A stretch of DNA of 64,000 nt. It comes from an uncultured Methanosarcinaceae archaeon. GTDB lineage: Archaea; Halobacteriota; Methanosarcinia; Methanosarcinales; Methanosarcinaceae. This document shows positions 56,806-64,000 of the stretch, one piece after another (position 1 is the first letter of the stretch; every line of letters starts with the position of its first letter). The position numbers were made by a program, and so were the translations under genes. Location: contig CAVTET010000006.1 of the NCBI GenBank assembly GCA_963733675.1, forward strand, positions 64,001-128,000, written 5' to 3'. Under the pieces are notes generated by a model. That model had not been told where the DNA came from. It worked only from the letters and a program-made list of their open reading frames with translations, and ran no database searches.

Positions 56806-57163
56806 TATAAAAGTATGTTATATTGAAATCTTTTCAAATGTCCTATTTTCCTTTCTGTAAATTTGTTTGATCTACTTAACATAATAACATTTATATACTA
56901 TTGCAACATATTACATTGTCCTCACATAACTGGGTTATGCGGGGGATAATCCCAGTCTTTAGGGGCATAATCCCATACTTTATATACAAGATCTGTCTTG
57001 TATATATCTCTCGCATGAAGCAATTGTGTGAGTTGAAATGCAAATTCCATTCGAGGATGTGATAAACTCCATGATTTGGTTTATAAAGGATAATATTCAT
57101 TATAATCCGAGGTTTATCTAATTCTCATTTATCTAATGGAGTCAGGAGTTTTTTCCTGTCTGA

Positions 57164-57197
57164 CGAGGATTTTGTCGGTTCGGTTAATTCTGGTTGG
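57164..57197 (+). other. 5' strand of the 16S precursor processing stem (pairs with about 58797-58830)
   Basis: GAGGATTTTGTCGGTTCGGTTAATTCTGGTTGG is complementary to CCAACCAGATGCCGATAAATCGACAAAACCTC with staggered bulges, consistent with a bulge-helix-bulge. Confidence 0.7.
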
Positions 57198-57304
57198 TAG
57201 TTGTTTTACAAAAACATCTATCGCAAAACTGAAAATAACTGAATTGATAGTTGTTAGTGCAAGTTTCTGCGACCAAAAACTTTGAGTGTGTGATATTATT
57301 GACA

Positions 57305-58782
<1,478 letters not shown>

Positions 58783-58884
58783 AAGCAATAAACACGCCAA
58801 CCAGATGCCGATAAATCGACAAAACCTCAAAAAAGAAGTATAATATGAGAAGTCTGTCATAAAGTACTTTTCTCTATTTACTTA

Positions 58885-58957
58885 AGGCTTGTAGATCAGT
58901 TGGAAGATCGCTGCCTTTGCAAGGCAGAGGCCCTGGGTTCGAATCCCAGCAAGTCCA
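58885..58957 (+). tRNA. tRNA-Ala(UGC)
   Basis: Cloverleaf with anticodon arm CTGCC-TTTGCAA-GGCAG, T arm CTGGG-TTCGAAT-CCCAG and G3:U70. Located in the 16S-23S spacer. Confidence 0.95.
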
Positions 58958-59082
58958 TTTTTATGCACCTGATAATTTAATTATCAGGGAAGGACTGATT
59001 ACCTGCTTGGCAGGTAAATGAAGTCATGTATAAGATACTGTATACTGGACGCTTACTGGACCTGGTTAGGTGTAACAGGAAT

Positions 59083-61972
<2,890 letters not shown>

Positions 61973-62058
61973 ACCATACCAGGTCTAGGCGAAATCCAGT
62001 ATGCAGCATTTCTATACATGACTTCATTTTGTCCTTATAAAAAATCCTCTTTGTAGGA

Positions 62059-62187
62059 GGAGTATGGCGGCCATAGCGGCAGGGCAACTCCTGTACCCAT
62101 CTCGAACACAGAAGATAAGCCTGTCCACGTTCCTTATTGTACTGAAGTGCGCGAGCCTTCGGGAACTCTGGATAGTTGCCATATTTA
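62059..62187 (+). rRNA. rrf: 5S rRNA
   Basis: TGGCGGCCATAGCGGC..CCCATCTCGAACACAGAAGATAAGCC..GTACTG..GGGAAC..TGCCA. Confidence 0.93.
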
Positions 62188-62233
62188 CCTATAATGATAG
62201 GTATTTGAATTGATTTTTTGATGATTTTTTTTG

Positions 62234-62429
62234 GTAACTATTCAGCCTGGGTAAAATACTATCAATAGATAATGTTATTATGATTAGATAATCAATTTTA
62301 TGTGGGTGGATTTCATTTAACTGTCGACTATTGCTCTTGTTTTTGTTTTCACATCAGTTGGTTATCATAAGTATCTTTTGTATCAAAATAGTTGTATAAT
62401 ATATGATTTTTGGTACGCTGAATAGTTAC
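62234..62429. mobile_element. 196-bp MITE with GTAACTATTCAGC ends (IS66-like GTAA termini)
   Basis: Perfect 13-bp inverted repeat GTAACTATTCAGC...GCTGAATAGTTAC. Partial second copy at 13387. Confidence 0.7.
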
Positions 62430-62565
62430 ATTCTTTTTTCATTAATGTTTTCTATTGATTTGTGATTTTCGAATTTCGGAAACTTGCCCCTATCCCAAAA
62501 AGAATCGATCACTCAGCTTTTGTCTTGTGCTTGTGGGTTTCAGGAACCTCCCCTACAATTATTTT

Positions 62566-63606
62566 TTACTCACTCTCAAATATGTACTCCTTTGAGAACA
62601 TTTCTAAGGTCAGAATGAAGTAGGAAAGTAATAGGGGGCCTATAACGACTCCTATCAATCCAAAAAGGGATACTCCTGTGATAATCCCAATTAGGGATAG
62701 AAAAGGATGAATTTCTCCAACTCTTTTCTGGATCATGGGCCTGAGAAAATTATCCACGGTACTTACAAAGATCCCGGCTGCAAGGATTGCAATCCCTGCA
62801 GTATAGTCCTTCAGGAGAAACTGGATGATAGTTGCAGGAACCCAGACTAAAGTTGATCCAAAAACGGGAACAAAAGAAAGAAGTGTTGCGATAGAACCCC
62901 AGAGAAAAGCTCCCTGAATTTTTACGATCAAAAAAGTTATAGTCAGAATTATACCCTGGAAAAGAGCTACAGCCCCGCTGGAAATCATAGTTGTCCTGAC
63001 AATTCTTCTGAACTCGCCAAGTAGAGTAGATGTATTTTTTTCATTGAATGGAACTGCAGCATAAATTTTGTGTACAAAATTGGAATCTTCTCCTGTTAAA
63101 AGGTAGTAAAACAAGAAATACATAATTAAGAGCCCTATAGACTGCTGGCTCAGTATCTGAATTGAACCTAAGAGGAACTTGCTTGTGTAATTGACGGCTT
63201 CAGATCCTATACCCATAACTTTTCCTTGTATCTGTTTTTGGAGAACATCAGTAGGAATCCCCAGCCCTGAAAGATAATGAGTGAGAAATTGATGTTCAGA
63301 TCTAATAGATGTAATAATAAACTCCTGGTTAAGTAAAAGCTGCTGGATTTCACTAATAATTATACTCAGAAGAAAATATAATGGGATGAGGACAACACAG
63401 ATTGAAATAATTATAACCAAGAATGCAGCAAATTGTTTTTTAAGCCGGGCTTTCCTTACAAAAAAATGATAAGGAGGCCTAAATATGATGTAAAGGATAA
63501 TGGCCCCTAAAAAATAATTTAAATATGGGAGCGTGGCGTAAACAATAACAGTGGTTAGGAGGAGGATAGTTAGGAGGGCCAATACAATTTTCGCTATTCT
63601 TTCCAT
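62566..63606 (-). CDS. AI-2E family transporter
   Basis: Multi-TM protein with VALFQG, SFVPVFGSTLVWVP, VDNFLRP, IHPF, G...FGLIG..IGPLL. Confidence 0.9.
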   Translation of the reverse strand: MERIAKIVLALLTILLLTTVIVYATLPYLNYFLGAIILYIIFRPPYHFFVRKARLKKQFAAFLVIIISICVVLIPLYFLLSIIISEIQQLLLNQEFIITSIRSEHQFLTHYLSGLGIPTDVLQKQIQGKVMGIGSEAVNYTSKFLLGSIQILSQQSIGLLIMYFLFYYLLTGEDSNFVHKIYAAVPFNEKNTSTLLGEFRRIVRTTMISSGAVALFQGIILTITFLIVKIQGAFLWGSIATLLSFVPVFGSTLVWVPATIIQFLLKDYTAGIAILAAGIFVSTVDNFLRPMIQKRVGEIHPFLSLIGIITGVSLFGLIGVVIGPLLLSYFILTLEMFSKEYIFESE

Positions 63607-64000
63607 TGAACCTAAATTGGAGTTCTTATTATAAAAGTTTTGCAAGTTTGCCAGTTCTGTCTTAAACTTATATTTCTAATACCTACTGGAATTGTTAGAA
63701 ATATGATTTATTTCAATATTCAGTAGCTGAGTGGTTTACCATTACATCGTTGATATTTCCATGATATTTAAGTTCTAGGTGTTGAAAGATTTCCGGATCT
63801 TTTTTGTTGTGATCGCGGAACTTAATTAAATCAAATTAAACTTTTTGACTTTCGATATCTGAAGCTCTTTATTTTTTATATCAAATGTGAAAATATTTGG
63901 ATATCGATAAGTTTTAAGGTTGATTATTATTCACAAAATAAGGGTATGCTACTTGAAAAAGTAAAATAAACAGAATTTAGATAAATTTTCGATTTCAACA

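Overview
AT-rich chromosomal window from a Methanosarcina-type methanogenic archaeon, judged from the 16S sequence, archaeal aspS and thermosome, and the IS types. Left part (1-24 kb): housekeeping genes (aspS, rpiA, thermosome), a GH130 glycosidase, a decaying redox/nitrosative-stress block (hcp remnant, DUF166, HxlR regulator, small siroheme reductase, CGGC pseudogene), and a 10.4-kb stress/secreted-protein segment bracketed by two inverted 149-bp IS6-type MITEs. A 127-bp hairpin made of two IS6 left ends lies inside that segment. Middle (24.7-56.8 kb): a large, heavily eroded surface-glycan cluster (gmd-fcl-wzm-wzt, acetyl- and methyltransferases, rfbCBDA, many GT2/GT4, a 1029-aa multidomain glycosyltransferase, a flippase pseudogene). 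It is littered with gene-end fragments and remnants of IS5, IS256 and IS200/IS605 elements (tnpA, tnpB). Right end: a complete rRNA operon (16S-tRNA-Ala-23S-5S) and an AI-2E transporter. No CRISPR array was seen. Protein family calls are motif recognition by eye, not database searches.
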